Assembly: GCA_902622985.1 (NCBI GenBank)
Contig: CACNSH010000001.1
Location: forward strand, 64,036 to 128,035
Direction of reading: 5' to 3'
DNA: 64,000 nucleotides
Source: an uncultured Pelagibacteraceae bacterium
Lineage (GTDB): Bacteria; Pseudomonadota; Alphaproteobacteria; Pelagibacterales; AG-422-B15
Part shown: positions 29,900 to 39,291 of the stretch, one piece after another
How the letters are laid out: each line of letters starts with the position of its first letter
Position numbering within the stretch: position 1 is the stretch's first letter
Notes under the pieces: generated by a model
The model's input: only the letters and a program-made list of their open reading frames with translations
The model's database searches: none
What the model was told of the DNA's origin: nothing
Translations under genes and position numbers: made by a program

Positions 29900-30030
29900 T
29901 GCTGTGTGTCCGGTTGTGGTGCGTTTGCCTCTTCAATTTTTTTAAGTCTAACTTTTTCTTTTCGAATGTTATTCTTTCTAGACCTTTTTTTGTTAAGCCG
30001 AGCTTCTCTTAATTTATCTGGTTTTTTCAT
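29896..30030 (-). CDS. 44-aa highly basic ORF translationally coupled to rpmJ (hypothetical)
   Basis: Hand translation: [44 protein letters not shown]. Its TGA overlaps the rpmJ ATG (ATGA). It fills the gap between tRNA-Val and rpmJ. No recognised family and no clear SD. Confidence 0.35.
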   Translation of the reverse strand: MKKPDKLREARLNKKRSRKNNIRKEKVRLKKIEEANAPQPDTQQ

Positions 30031-30087
30031 TGTTAAAGCGATCTTTTATATATTTAAGTCAAAAAAACAACATATAATTAATTTTTC

Positions 30088-30162
30088 TGGTGGGCACGGT
30101 TGGGATCGAACCAACAACCCCCACGATGTCAACGTGATGCTCTACCACTGAGCTACGTGCCC
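30088..30162 (-). tRNA. tRNA-Val (anticodon GAC), CCA encoded
   Basis: Reverse complement is GGGCACGTAGCTCAGTGGTAGAGCATCACGTTGACATCGTGGGGGTTGTTGGTTCGATCCCAACCGTGCCCACCA. It folds by hand into a cloverleaf: 7-bp acceptor stem, GCTC/GAGC D stem, anticodon loop TTGACAT, GTTGG/CCAAC T stem with a TTCGATC loop. Confidence 0.9.
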
Positions 30163-30203
30163 AAAAATTTGTTATTTATCAATGATATATACTTTTTTAT
30201 TTT

Positions 30204-31478
30204 CTATCTTGCAAATCTTTTGAGCCCCTCAGGAGTAAACTTAGTTTCATCGTGAGGTTCTTCCAATCTCCATTGAATTTTTGGGACATCTATAGATCTA
30301 ACACTCGACAATTGATACCGTCTTGAAGCAAGGTCATATGTTGCTGAATGCACAGATAAGCACATAGGTTGATCGTAAAAGTTTATTATAGGAAATTCTC
30401 TATATGCCATAATTTGATTTTCTTTATCATATGTCTCCTCAACAAGCATGTTATGACTATCAATATCAAAATACATCCTTCGATGAGGCAATATATGTCT
30501 TTTATCTTTCTTGAGATCTGCTTGAACAACGTTCACGTTAACTAACTCATACCTCAAATAATCTTGATCTATATGATGTTTAGTTAGAATTTTATCAATT
30601 TCTGTTTCATGTAGTTTATATGCATTGTAGGGCATTAATCTCTGTTGTTTCCCAACTAATGTCCAATCATATCTATCTTTAGCTCCGTTAAAACCGTCAA
30701 ACTGATCTGTTGTTGTAATACCCTGACTTGAACTGGGTTTATAGTCGTATGCAATATCTGGTGCTCTTCTAACACGTCGTGTTCCAGGGTTATAAACCCA
30801 TGCTCTTCTTGGTGTTTTTAATGCATTAAGTGACTCTATAACAAGTAATGAGGCATCTGCTAATCTGGGCGGATGAGTAACTTTGGACATAAGCATTCCC
30901 TGAAGTCCTTTTTTGTTTATTACAAATGGATTCCAATAATTAATTGCTATCGCTTCACCTGCTCCATAGGTAATCGAATTGTCTGGATTAATTATATAAA
31001 AAGGCGACGAACCATATATATTCACTCCCCTGTATCTTAAAATATGATTCCATACGTGATGCAGTGCCTCTGATGGGTTAGGAAATGGTATACTACCTAC
31101 AACTCCAATTATTCCCTCCCCTTCATCAGTAAGTTCAGCATTTTGAGTTGTAAGTTGAATAACTTCTTGTGGAACAGCGCAACTCCTGCGAGACTGGTAA
31201 ACGTGCATTTTAAAAGTTTCTGGATATGTCTTAAACATCTCAATTTGACCTGGAGTTAATAATTGGTCAGCATATTCAAGATAGTTACTTTGATCGATGG
31301 AAAATAGTATTTGATCCCCGCTAAATGGATCTGGATATGAATTTTTATTTGGATCGTAAATATCTATTGGTTCATTTATTGGCTCTTTATCACCAATTTT
31401 AAGGTCATTTAAATCAAAATCTGCATAAGCGGAATTGATAAAGATTATAAAATAAAGAAAAATAAATAATTTATTCAT
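30204..31478 (-). CDS. Secreted DUF1329-like protein (LolA-like outer-membrane lipoprotein-sorting fold family)
   Basis: Signal peptide (FIIFINSAYA). The motif IPFPNPSEALHHVWNHILRYRG and the overall ~420-aa size resemble DUF1329 as I recall it. Not verified. Confidence 0.5.
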   Translation of the reverse strand: MNKLFIFLYFIIFINSAYADFDLNDLKIGDKEPINEPIDIYDPNKNSYPDPFSGDQILFSIDQSNYLEYADQLLTPGQIEMFKTYPETFKMHVYQSRRSCAVPQEVIQLTTQNAELTDEGEGIIGVVGSIPFPNPSEALHHVWNHILRYRGVNIYGSSPFYIINPDNSITYGAGEAIAINYWNPFVINKKGLQGMLMSKVTHPPRLADASLLVIESLNALKTPRRAWVYNPGTRRVRRAPDIAYDYKPSSSQGITTTDQFDGFNGAKDRYDWTLVGKQQRLMPYNAYKLHETEIDKILTKHHIDQDYLRYELVNVNVVQADLKKDKRHILPHRRMYFDIDSHNMLVEETYDKENQIMAYREFPIINFYDQPMCLSVHSATYDLASRRYQLSSVRSIDVPKIQWRLEEPHDETKFTPEGLKRFAR

Positions 31479-31605
31479 GTTTGATTATGAAGTATTAAAA
31501 TGAAATTAAATATTACTTATTAATTACATGTTTTAAAGATTAATATAATGGCAGCGTAAATGTCAATGTCATTATTGTGCTTAATTTTTATACCATAAAT
31601 AAAAT

Positions 31606-32409
31606 ATGCCAAAGGATATAAAAAATTTTGTAGAGTTTTCATTAAATCTTGCTGATACTGCTCGACAAATATCTTTATTTTATTTTAAAAAAAAAGTTAA
31701 AGTAATTAATAAAGATAAAGTTAACTTTGATCCTGTAACTACTGCTGATATAAAAATTCAGAAAAAATTAAATCAAATTATTTTAGAAACTTTTCCTAAT
31801 CATTCAATATTTGGTGAGGAGGAGAGTTTTGTAAGAGATGGGGAATATGAGTGGTGCATTGATCCAATTGATGGAACCAAATCATATATACAGGGTATTC
31901 CATTGTGGGGAACTCTAATTTCTTTATCAAGAGATAAGAAAATTATTTTAGGACTTGCTGATATTCCTGCTCTCGATGAAAGGTACCTGGGTTATTTAAA
32001 TTTTTCATATAAAATTAAAAATAAAAAAAAGAAAAAGTTAAAGGTTAGAAATACTGATAAATTGTCTGAAGTAATCTTGAATACAACCTCACCATATGTT
32101 TTTGCAAATAGAAAAGATCAAAGATCTTTTGAGAAATTAAGCCTAAAAACCAAATCTACAAGACTTGGAGGAGATTGTTACAGCTATTGTTTATTAGCTG
32201 ATGGACTTGTTGATATTGTTGTTGAGAGTGGACTCAAACCTTGGGATATCAGAGCTCTTGAACCTATAATAATTAATGCCGGGGGCATAATTAGAACTTG
32301 GGAAAATAAAGAAATATATAACGGTGGTAGAATTATAGCCTGTAGCAACAAAAAAATATTCAGTGAAAGTAGATCTATTTTGACTAAGGAAAAACCCAGT
32401 CAAAAGTAA
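31606..32409 (+). CDS. Inositol monophosphatase family protein (possible histidinol-phosphatase HisN)
   Basis: GEEE...WCIDPIDGTKSY metal-binding motif, GGDCYSYCLLADG, WDIRALEPII. Confidence 0.75.
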   Translation: MPKDIKNFVEFSLNLADTARQISLFYFKKKVKVINKDKVNFDPVTTADIKIQKKLNQIILETFPNHSIFGEEESFVRDGEYEWCIDPIDGTKSYIQGIPLWGTLISLSRDKKIILGLADIPALDERYLGYLNFSYKIKNKKKKKLKVRNTDKLSEVILNTTSPYVFANRKDQRSFEKLSLKTKSTRLGGDCYSYCLLADGLVDIVVESGLKPWDIRALEPIIINAGGIIRTWENKEIYNGGRIIACSNKKIFSESRSILTKEKPSQK

Positions 32410-32420
32410 CTGGGTTTTTA
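32391..32420. terminator. Candidate bidirectional intrinsic terminator between convergent genes
   Basis: Perfect 10-bp inverted repeat AAAACCCAGT / ACTGGGTTTT with an 8-nt loop. An A-tract lies on the left and a T-tract on the right. It spans the stop codon of the + gene and lies 17 nt from the stop of the - gene. Confidence 0.45.
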
Positions 32421-32436
32421 ATTTAAACTTTAGAAA

Positions 32437-32751
32437 TTAAGCAAGTGCATCCATTACAGACTGTAATTTCATTGCGATTGACATATCTCCAGACACTTTT
32501 AATTTACCTTGCATGAAAGCAGATGTTCCATCAACTTCACCAGATCTCATTTGTTCAAATGTTTCGAGAGACATGGATAAAGTGCAATCAGCATCTTTGT
32601 CTTCATCTGAGACTGTATTTGGGTTTGATTTACCATCAAGGAAAATGCACCCAGCACCCTCAAAATCAAATTTAACTGTAGCCCCAAGTCCAGTATCTTT
32701 ACCTTCGATACCTTTTTGAAACTCAGCTAATAAACCAGCTACATCAGCCAT
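32437..32751 (-). CDS. SCP2 sterol-binding domain protein
   Basis: 104 aa with the C-terminal signature AFMQGKLKVSGDMSIAMKL typical of SCP-2 domains. Confidence 0.75.
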   Translation of the reverse strand: MADVAGLLAEFQKGIEGKDTGLGATVKFDFEGAGCIFLDGKSNPNTVSDEDKDADCTLSMSLETFEQMRSGEVDGTSAFMQGKLKVSGDMSIAMKLQSVMDALA

Positions 32752-32835
32752 AATTTTTTTACTCCGTTTATTATTAAGAATGGCAAATAAAACAATTTAC
32801 ACTATATATGTCAATATTAAATTTGTTTTACAAAT

Positions 32836-33456
32836 ATGAAAAAACCAATATTTTGGGAAAAAGCAAAAAAAGATTTAACCAAAAAAGATAAAAAACTTGG
32901 TAAAATTATTTCCACCTATCCTAAAGACTTCCTTTTTTCAAAATCTGATCCATTTTATACGCTGGCCCGTTCAATTGTTGGACAGCAAATTTCAGTTCAG
33001 GCAGCGCAAGCAGTATGGAATAAGTATGAAAAAAAGATAAAAAAAATTAATCCTGAAAATACTATTAAAATGCATTTTATGACGCTTAAATCATGCGGTC
33101 TTTCTCGTCAAAAGATTTCTTACCTAAGGCACTTATCTCTATCTTTTATTAAAAATGAAATTAGTCCAAGTAAATGGCATAAATATTCAGATGAAGAAAT
33201 CATTATTGAGTTAATGAAAATAAAAGGGATTGGCAGATGGACAGCTGAAATGTATTTAATTTTTAATCTATGCCGGCCCGATGTATTTCCAGCGGATGAT
33301 TTAGGTTTGATAAAAGGTATTTGTAATTGTTACAACATAAAATATCCAATTACAAAAGATCGTGCTATAAAAATGTCAGAAAAATGGAAACCTTACAGGT
33401 CTGTCGCAACTTGGTATTTTTGGAGAAGTCTAGATCCCATCCCTGTAGAGTATTAA
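32836..33456 (+). CDS. alkA: DNA-3-methyladenine glycosylase II-like (HhH-GPD superfamily)
   Basis: Helix-hairpin-helix LMKIKGIGRWTAEMYLIF followed by the catalytic Asp region FPADDLGL and a WRS tail. Confidence 0.8.
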   Translation: MKKPIFWEKAKKDLTKKDKKLGKIISTYPKDFLFSKSDPFYTLARSIVGQQISVQAAQAVWNKYEKKIKKINPENTIKMHFMTLKSCGLSRQKISYLRHLSLSFIKNEISPSKWHKYSDEEIIIELMKIKGIGRWTAEMYLIFNLCRPDVFPADDLGLIKGICNCYNIKYPITKDRAIKMSEKWKPYRSVATWYFWRSLDPIPVEY

Positions 33457-33462
33457 ATTAAA

Positions 33463-34284
33463 ATGAATAAAATTGAATTATCATATGCTTCAAAAGTTGA
33501 GCACAATTTTGCCCAGAGAGTAATAATTAAGACAATAGAAAAAATTACTGGAAAAAAAAAGTTGCAAAAAATATATAATGATTTCTCCAAAAATAATACT
33601 AACCCAAGATATTTTTGGCGTGGAATACTTGAAGCCATGGATATTGAAGTAATCGATAATTCAACAGAAGGTATTAAGATACCACCCAAAGGTCCATTAC
33701 TTATGATCGCAAATCATCCTTTTGGAATAATAGATGGCTTAATAATGTGCTCACTTGCAGCAAATGTCAGGGATGACTTTAAAATAATCACCCATGAGAC
33801 ACTTCAGTTTATTCCTGAATTAGATAAGTACATATTGCCAATTGATTTTAATGAAAAAAGTAAAATCACAATTAAAAATAATATTGAAACTGCCAAAAAG
33901 GCTAAAGAACATCTATTAAATAATGGACTATTAATTATATTTCCATCAGGAAGTGTTTCTGTTGCTAAGAGTCTTAAAACTATTGCAACTGACGATGCAT
34001 GGAAACAATTTCCTGCAAAAATAATAAAGCAAACTAAAACTGATGTTCTTCCAATATATTTTGACGGAAAAAATGGTCTCCTATTTCATTTATTTGCCTC
34101 TAAATTAAAAAATCAAACATTAAAATACTCTTCTTATATACATGAAACTAAAAAGTTAATTGGTAAAAATATTAATATATTCCCAGGAAAAATTATTAAA
34201 TTTAGTCAGCTTAAAAATTTTGAAGATAGATTAAAATTGACTGAATATTTAAAGAAAAAGACGTATGAACTTAGAGATTTGTAA
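33463..34284 (+). CDS. Lysophospholipid/PlsC-family acyltransferase
   Basis: Acyltransferase block IANHPFGIIDG and FPSGSV motif. Exact substrate unknown. Confidence 0.6.
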   Translation: MNKIELSYASKVEHNFAQRVIIKTIEKITGKKKLQKIYNDFSKNNTNPRYFWRGILEAMDIEVIDNSTEGIKIPPKGPLLMIANHPFGIIDGLIMCSLAANVRDDFKIITHETLQFIPELDKYILPIDFNEKSKITIKNNIETAKKAKEHLLNNGLLIIFPSGSVSVAKSLKTIATDDAWKQFPAKIIKQTKTDVLPIYFDGKNGLLFHLFASKLKNQTLKYSSYIHETKKLIGKNINIFPGKIIKFSQLKNFEDRLKLTEYLKKKTYELRDL

Positions 34285-35220
34285 ATGGAATATTTCTCAA
34301 TTTATAGTTTTTATCGCTTCACTAAAATTAAAAATAAAAAAATAATTAAAAAAAAGTTAGATATCTATTTAAAAAACAAATTAATTAAAGGTACAATTTT
34401 ACTGGCAGATGAAGGAATAAATGCATCAATTGCGGGAGACGAAAAATTATTAAATGAAATTTTAATATTCATAAAAAAAATATTAAATATAAGGAAAATA
34501 AATAATAAAATAAACTATGTTGATTTTTTACCGTTCAATAAAATTAAAGTAAGATTAAAAAAAGAAATTGTTTCTCTTGGTTTAGAAAACTTAAATATTT
34601 CAACGTCTAAAGCAAGTTATATATCTCCATCTGATTGGGACAAAATTATAATGAATGACGATTTTAAAGTAATAGACGTTCGAAATATCTATGAAATAAA
34701 AATTGGAAATTTTATAAATACCCTAAATCCTAATACTGAAAATTTTAGAGAATTTCCAAAGAAAATAAAAGAATTTGATTTTTCAAAAAATGACAAAATA
34801 GCTATGTACTGTACCGGAGGTATAAGATGTGAGAAAGCCGCGGCTTTTTTGTATTCATCGGGTTTCAAAAATATTTATCAATTAGAAGGTGGAATTTTAA
34901 ATTATCTTGAATATAAAAAAAAATCAAATACACCTTCAACTTGGAAAGGGGATTGTTTCGTTTTTGATGACAGAGTTGCTGTTGATAAAAATCTTACGAT
35001 TGGAAAATATTCTCAATGTTACGGTTGTAGACGCCCAATTACAGAAAAAGAAATATTATCTAAATATTATCTTAAAGGAGTTTTTTGCCCATTTTGTTAC
35101 AAAAATAAATCTAAATCAAAAATTGCTAGATCTCAAGAAAGGCAAAATCAAATTGAGAAAGCTAAAAAAACAAAAACATTTAATCCTTTTATAAAAATAA
35201 AGAAAACTTATAGTCTATAA
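34285..35220 (+). CDS. trhO: Rhodanese-domain tRNA uridine(34) hydroxylase TrhO/YceA (UPF0176)
   Basis: Active-site loop MYCTGGIRCEKA, LEGGILNY, C-terminal Cys cluster CYGCRRP...CPFC. Confidence 0.85.
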   Translation: MEYFSIYSFYRFTKIKNKKIIKKKLDIYLKNKLIKGTILLADEGINASIAGDEKLLNEILIFIKKILNIRKINNKINYVDFLPFNKIKVRLKKEIVSLGLENLNISTSKASYISPSDWDKIIMNDDFKVIDVRNIYEIKIGNFINTLNPNTENFREFPKKIKEFDFSKNDKIAMYCTGGIRCEKAAAFLYSSGFKNIYQLEGGILNYLEYKKKSNTPSTWKGDCFVFDDRVAVDKNLTIGKYSQCYGCRRPITEKEILSKYYLKGVFCPFCYKNKSKSKIARSQERQNQIEKAKKTKTFNPFIKIKKTYSL

Positions 35221-36222
35221 ATTAGCCTCCTTTAATTTTTTAAGATGATTGAGACTATCTAAAATCATTTTATCAATATCTAAGGATGGTGACCAATTTA
35301 ATTCTTTACCAGCCTTACTTATGTCTGCCCAATACTCTGATAAATCTCCTTCTCTTCTTGGCATGACTTTTTTGAAAATTCTTTTTTTATAGTGTTCTTC
35401 AAATTTACTAACAATTTGAAAAACAGAATATCCTTTACCGGATCCAAGGTTCCAAATATGAACTCCTTTTTTTTCTATAATATATTTAAGGGCTCCAATA
35501 TGACCGTTCACAAGGTCATCCACGTGAATATAATCTCTTATACCTGACCCATCCTTTGTTTTATAATCATTACCATAGATAGGTAAATATGGTTTCTTAC
35601 CAAGTAGATAAAGCATTATGGAAGGAATTAGATTTGTTGATCCATCTATTCTGTCACCAATAAGCCCTGATGAGTGACATCCAATAGGATTAAAATATCT
35701 CAATATACCTACCTTAAAATTCATATCTGATTGATAATATTTTAATAATAAATTTTCTATAAATACTTTAGATTGAGCATAAGGGCTTTCAGGAAATTTC
35801 AATTTAATATTTTCAGTCCAAGGTAAAGGGTGATCTTTTCCATAAACAGTAGCAGACGACGAAAATATTAAATTATAAACCTTATATTTTTGCATTGTTT
35901 GTAATAAATTAATTGTACTATTAATATTAGCTGAGAAATATTCTAATGGATTTTTATAACTTTCACTTAACGATTTTAATCCAGCAAAATGAAATACAGT
36001 TTCAAAATTATGTTTATTAAATACATCAGAGAGAAAAGATTTTTGTCTTAAATCTCCCTCATAAAATAAAATATTTTTTTTTGATATTAGATTTATTTTT
36101 TTTAGAACTGACTTATCGCTATTTACAAAATTATCGATTACAGCAACTTTCTTATTTTGATTTAGTAAACTGATTACACAGTGTGAACCGATATATCCAC
36201 AACCGCCTGTTACAAGGATCAT
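35215..36222 (-). CDS. galE: UDP-glucose 4-epimerase
   Basis: ILVTGGCGYIGSH Rossmann motif, SSSATVYG, YAQSK (YxxxK), RYFNPIG, DYIHVDDL. Confidence 0.85.
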   Translation of the reverse strand: MILVTGGCGYIGSHCVISLLNQNKKVAVIDNFVNSDKSVLKKINLISKKNILFYEGDLRQKSFLSDVFNKHNFETVFHFAGLKSLSESYKNPLEYFSANINSTINLLQTMQKYKVYNLIFSSSATVYGKDHPLPWTENIKLKFPESPYAQSKVFIENLLLKYYQSDMNFKVGILRYFNPIGCHSSGLIGDRIDGSTNLIPSIMLYLLGKKPYLPIYGNDYKTKDGSGIRDYIHVDDLVNGHIGALKYIIEKKGVHIWNLGSGKGYSVFQIVSKFEEHYKKRIFKKVMPRREGDLSEYWADISKAGKELNWSPSLDIDKMILDSLNHLKKLKEANL

Positions 36223-36713
36223 AATGAGTTATTTTTTATTAATTTATTTATGTATTTACCGTATTTTGGCCAATCATCTGATGATATAATAAAACCAATA
36301 CAATTTTCAGATCCGCACTTACATACATGATCTTTATAGTCGTCTTTATCGAATTCATACCCATAATCATATTTTAATTCCTCCCCTTTTTTGATATTTT
36401 TTATTGCTGAAATCCAAATTTCATTATTGATTATGTCAACTTCGCAATTTGGGTTACAAGAATGGTTAATATACCTTGCTTTATTATATAAGGGCGACCC
36501 ATCGATGTCGTATTTTTTATTTAGTTCAAAAATATAGACAGAACCAGTAACTTTGGAATTAAGATACTTTTTGATTCTTTTTTCTGATCTTCTATCTCCC
36601 TCTGACTTTAATATTTTTTCACCGATATATTGAATAATTTTTTGACCTTTTTTAATATTTTGTGTAGCAACTATTCCTTTACCATGAATTTTCGATTTTC
36701 TTACTTTCCACAT
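36219..36713 (-). CDS. SET-domain protein (putative protein lysine methyltransferase) with post-SET Cys motif
   Basis: GKGIVATQNIKKGQKI, ARYINHSCNPNC, GEELKYDYGY, post-SET CKCGSENC. 4-nt overlap with the galE start. Confidence 0.85.
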   Translation of the reverse strand: MWKVRKSKIHGKGIVATQNIKKGQKIIQYIGEKILKSEGDRRSEKRIKKYLNSKVTGSVYIFELNKKYDIDGSPLYNKARYINHSCNPNCEVDIINNEIWISAIKNIKKGEELKYDYGYEFDKDDYKDHVCKCGSENCIGFIISSDDWPKYGKYINKLIKNNSL

Positions 36714-36727
36714 TCTTTAAAAATAAT

Positions 36728-37969
36728 TTAATTTTTATTATTATAAATTGAATGAAGATAAAATCCTAATGGAAAATAATAAACCAAATTTATCCAATTG
36801 TTAAAAAAACTCATCGTAGGTTGTAAAGGCCATAATGTTATAAAAAAACATATGAGAATACAAATTTGAAAATCACTTAATGTTTTTTTATTATAAAGAT
36901 ACACATTAATTCCATGGCCAAATAATTTGTAAGAAGTATATAAAAAAGCTAATAATAAAAAAAGAAATCCAACAATTCCTGTTTCAGATAAAATTTGTAG
37001 ATATGAATTATGTGAATGAGTACTGCATGTTTTCGAATTAATATTGTATTTCTCTTTTTGACAAACTTCCCGGTACGTCTTTGGACCTGTTCCAAAAAGA
37101 ATATTATCGTAAAAAATTTTCCATGAGGCAATAAAAATTGGAACATGTGTTGGCGAATATGTATCAGATGTTATAGCGAGTTGCCTTAACGTATGGTTAA
37201 TATTTCTTTCTTTAATATCATTTGAGAAGTTTGTAATTAGAGCAATTGCAATAATTGAGAAAACTAAACAAATTATACGAAAGTACCTAAAGGAGGAAAT
37301 TAATAATATAAAAAGAATTGTTAGTAATATTAGTAGTAGAAATGCTGTTCTTTCACCAGTTATGTACACCAGTAAATCTGAAGCAATAAACAAAAATAAA
37401 AATAAAAATAGTGACGTATATTTTTTATTGTTTGTCCTTGAAAATAAGATTAATAAACCGAAACATAAAGGTAACAATCTTACGATAAATCCTCCTAAAT
37501 ATAACTTTTCACTAAGTAATAGTGTTAATCTATTTTCATTGGGTGAAATAATTCCAAAAAAATTAAATCCCACTATATATTGCATCAATCCATTTAATAT
37601 TGCAAAAAATACAGTAGCTATAAATATATAAGAAAATTTATTTATTAAATCGTCATCCTCATCTAAAAGAAACCAGATACATAATGAAAATAATAAAAAC
37701 CTAAAATAAAATAAGCTTGCTTCTAATGATATTAATGTAAAATCAGAGATTAAAGATGAAAATAATAAATATAAAATAAATAAAACAAAAAAATATGTAT
37801 ATTTATTAAAAAAATATTTACTTAAGCTTTCTCGAACACAAATTACAAGAAATATTAATCCCATTACTGATATAGCGAGATCACCAAAAAATGGTCCAGT
37901 TAAAATTGCTAGCGGTAAGATATATAATAAGTATCTAAGAAAGCTAATAATTTTATCTCTATAATACAA
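36728..37969 (-). CDS. O-antigen ligase family (Wzy_C) polytopic membrane protein: ligase, polymerase or O-oligosaccharyltransferase
   Basis: More than 10 TM helices, with a periplasmic loop followed by STHSHNSYLQILSETGIVGFL, typical of the Wzy_C domain. Confidence 0.65.
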   Translation of the reverse strand: MYYRDKIISFLRYLLYILPLAILTGPFFGDLAISVMGLIFLVICVRESLSKYFFNKYTYFFVLFILYLLFSSLISDFTLISLEASLFYFRFLLFSLCIWFLLDEDDDLINKFSYIFIATVFFAILNGLMQYIVGFNFFGIISPNENRLTLLLSEKLYLGGFIVRLLPLCFGLLILFSRTNNKKYTSLFLFLFLFIASDLLVYITGERTAFLLLILLTILFILLISSFRYFRIICLVFSIIAIALITNFSNDIKERNINHTLRQLAITSDTYSPTHVPIFIASWKIFYDNILFGTGPKTYREVCQKEKYNINSKTCSTHSHNSYLQILSETGIVGFLFLLLAFLYTSYKLFGHGINVYLYNKKTLSDFQICILICFFITLWPLQPTMSFFNNWINLVYYFPLGFYLHSIYNNKN

Positions 37970-37984
37970 TTAAAACTATCTCTT

Positions 37985-39205
37985 TTATTTGACAGGCGCT
38001 TGATCTGAAAGAATAGGCTCTCTTGAAATTCTATTATTAATATTTTCACGAATAATTATATATGAAACAGATATAAAAATACCTAATGCAACTGCAATTA
38101 AATAAGTATAAAGAATTGAAATTTGAGAACTATTTACAATAATTCTGTCTAAATTATATTCAGTTAGAATAGACCTATTTCTATCATCATCTCTTAGTAA
38201 TTTAATTTCATTTATAGCTAAATTTAAAGCCTGATCTTGATTTATGAAATCGTTATACAGCCCTCTATTTAAACGATATTCCACTGACCGAGCCAAAATG
38301 ATAGCCATATCATCGTTATCAGTTATTCTCATATTACTTGTCTTTTCTAGACGATTTTTGCTCTGAATCATTTGCTCATTAAGTATTTTTGTTCCCTGAT
38401 AAAATAATTCTTTATTTGTCATATTTGGTTTTTTCATGCCTGAAGATATTGATGGATCATTTTGTTCTTCTTCCAAGATTTTTAACAAGAATTCATTTTC
38501 ATATAAATAATTTAAGACAGGTTCCTCATAACCCATACTTTTAGCAATGAGATAATTCTCTTCTAATAGCTCAATGTTCTTTTCAATTTGTAATTTCTGA
38601 AATTCGATATCCAAATTTATATTAAAAATCATTTTATTTTTAAGTGTAGCAATATCTCTTTTTATATCTGATTTTTTCTTTTCAAGATAATCAAGCAAAG
38701 TATTAAAAGTATTTAGCTCTGAGCTAGACACTAATTTAGAAAGAATGTTAATACTGTCTTCAGGATCAAATGAATTATGAAAAATATATTTTCCTATTTC
38801 ATTTTCTTCATTTACTTTTAAATCTCGGTATTCAAGCGAAATAAACATATCTCTGGGTAAAATAGACTTCTTAATTTTTTCATTAAAAGTGTCATAAACG
38901 ATTAAAAATTTACTATAATCAAGGTAATTATTTTTCTGTAATTTGAAAAGACTATCAGGAGAGTAATCGATTTGTTCCAGGGTCTGGATTGTTTGAGGAG
39001 AGAATATGAAATTTATATTATTATTTTCTCTAATTTCTAGTTCAGTAGAAAAAGATTTTGTCTTATATGAGTTTAAAATTAAATTACATATTATTGATAT
39101 TAAAATAAATAATATTATTATTTTATAATTTCTAATTAATAATATTAAATATTTAGTTATATCAATATCGTCTCTTGAATAACTAAAATCAATTTGATTA
39201 CTCAT
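37985..39205 (-). CDS. Wzz-like polysaccharide co-polymerase (chain-length determinant), tentative
   Basis: An N-terminal and a C-terminal TM helix flank a long coiled-coil-rich soluble region. DIDITKYLILLIRNYKII resembles the Wzz N-motif. Based on topology and context. Confidence 0.4.
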   Translation of the reverse strand: MSNQIDFSYSRDDIDITKYLILLIRNYKIIILFILISIICNLILNSYKTKSFSTELEIRENNNINFIFSPQTIQTLEQIDYSPDSLFKLQKNNYLDYSKFLIVYDTFNEKIKKSILPRDMFISLEYRDLKVNEENEIGKYIFHNSFDPEDSINILSKLVSSSELNTFNTLLDYLEKKKSDIKRDIATLKNKMIFNINLDIEFQKLQIEKNIELLEENYLIAKSMGYEEPVLNYLYENEFLLKILEEEQNDPSISSGMKKPNMTNKELFYQGTKILNEQMIQSKNRLEKTSNMRITDNDDMAIILARSVEYRLNRGLYNDFINQDQALNLAINEIKLLRDDDRNRSILTEYNLDRIIVNSSQISILYTYLIAVALGIFISVSYIIIRENINNRISREPILSDQAPVK

Positions 39206-39291
39206 ATAATTTAAATGACTATAATTTATATTTTTTAAATAATCTATATTAATAATACGTACATTAATCTAAGAATTATTTATGTATACTA

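Noticed and set aside
29906-30151. 81-aa + strand ORF.
   Set aside because: It overlaps tRNA-Val, which has a clean cloverleaf on the minus strand, and the region upstream of rpmJ. Its translation is low-complexity. I regard it as spurious.
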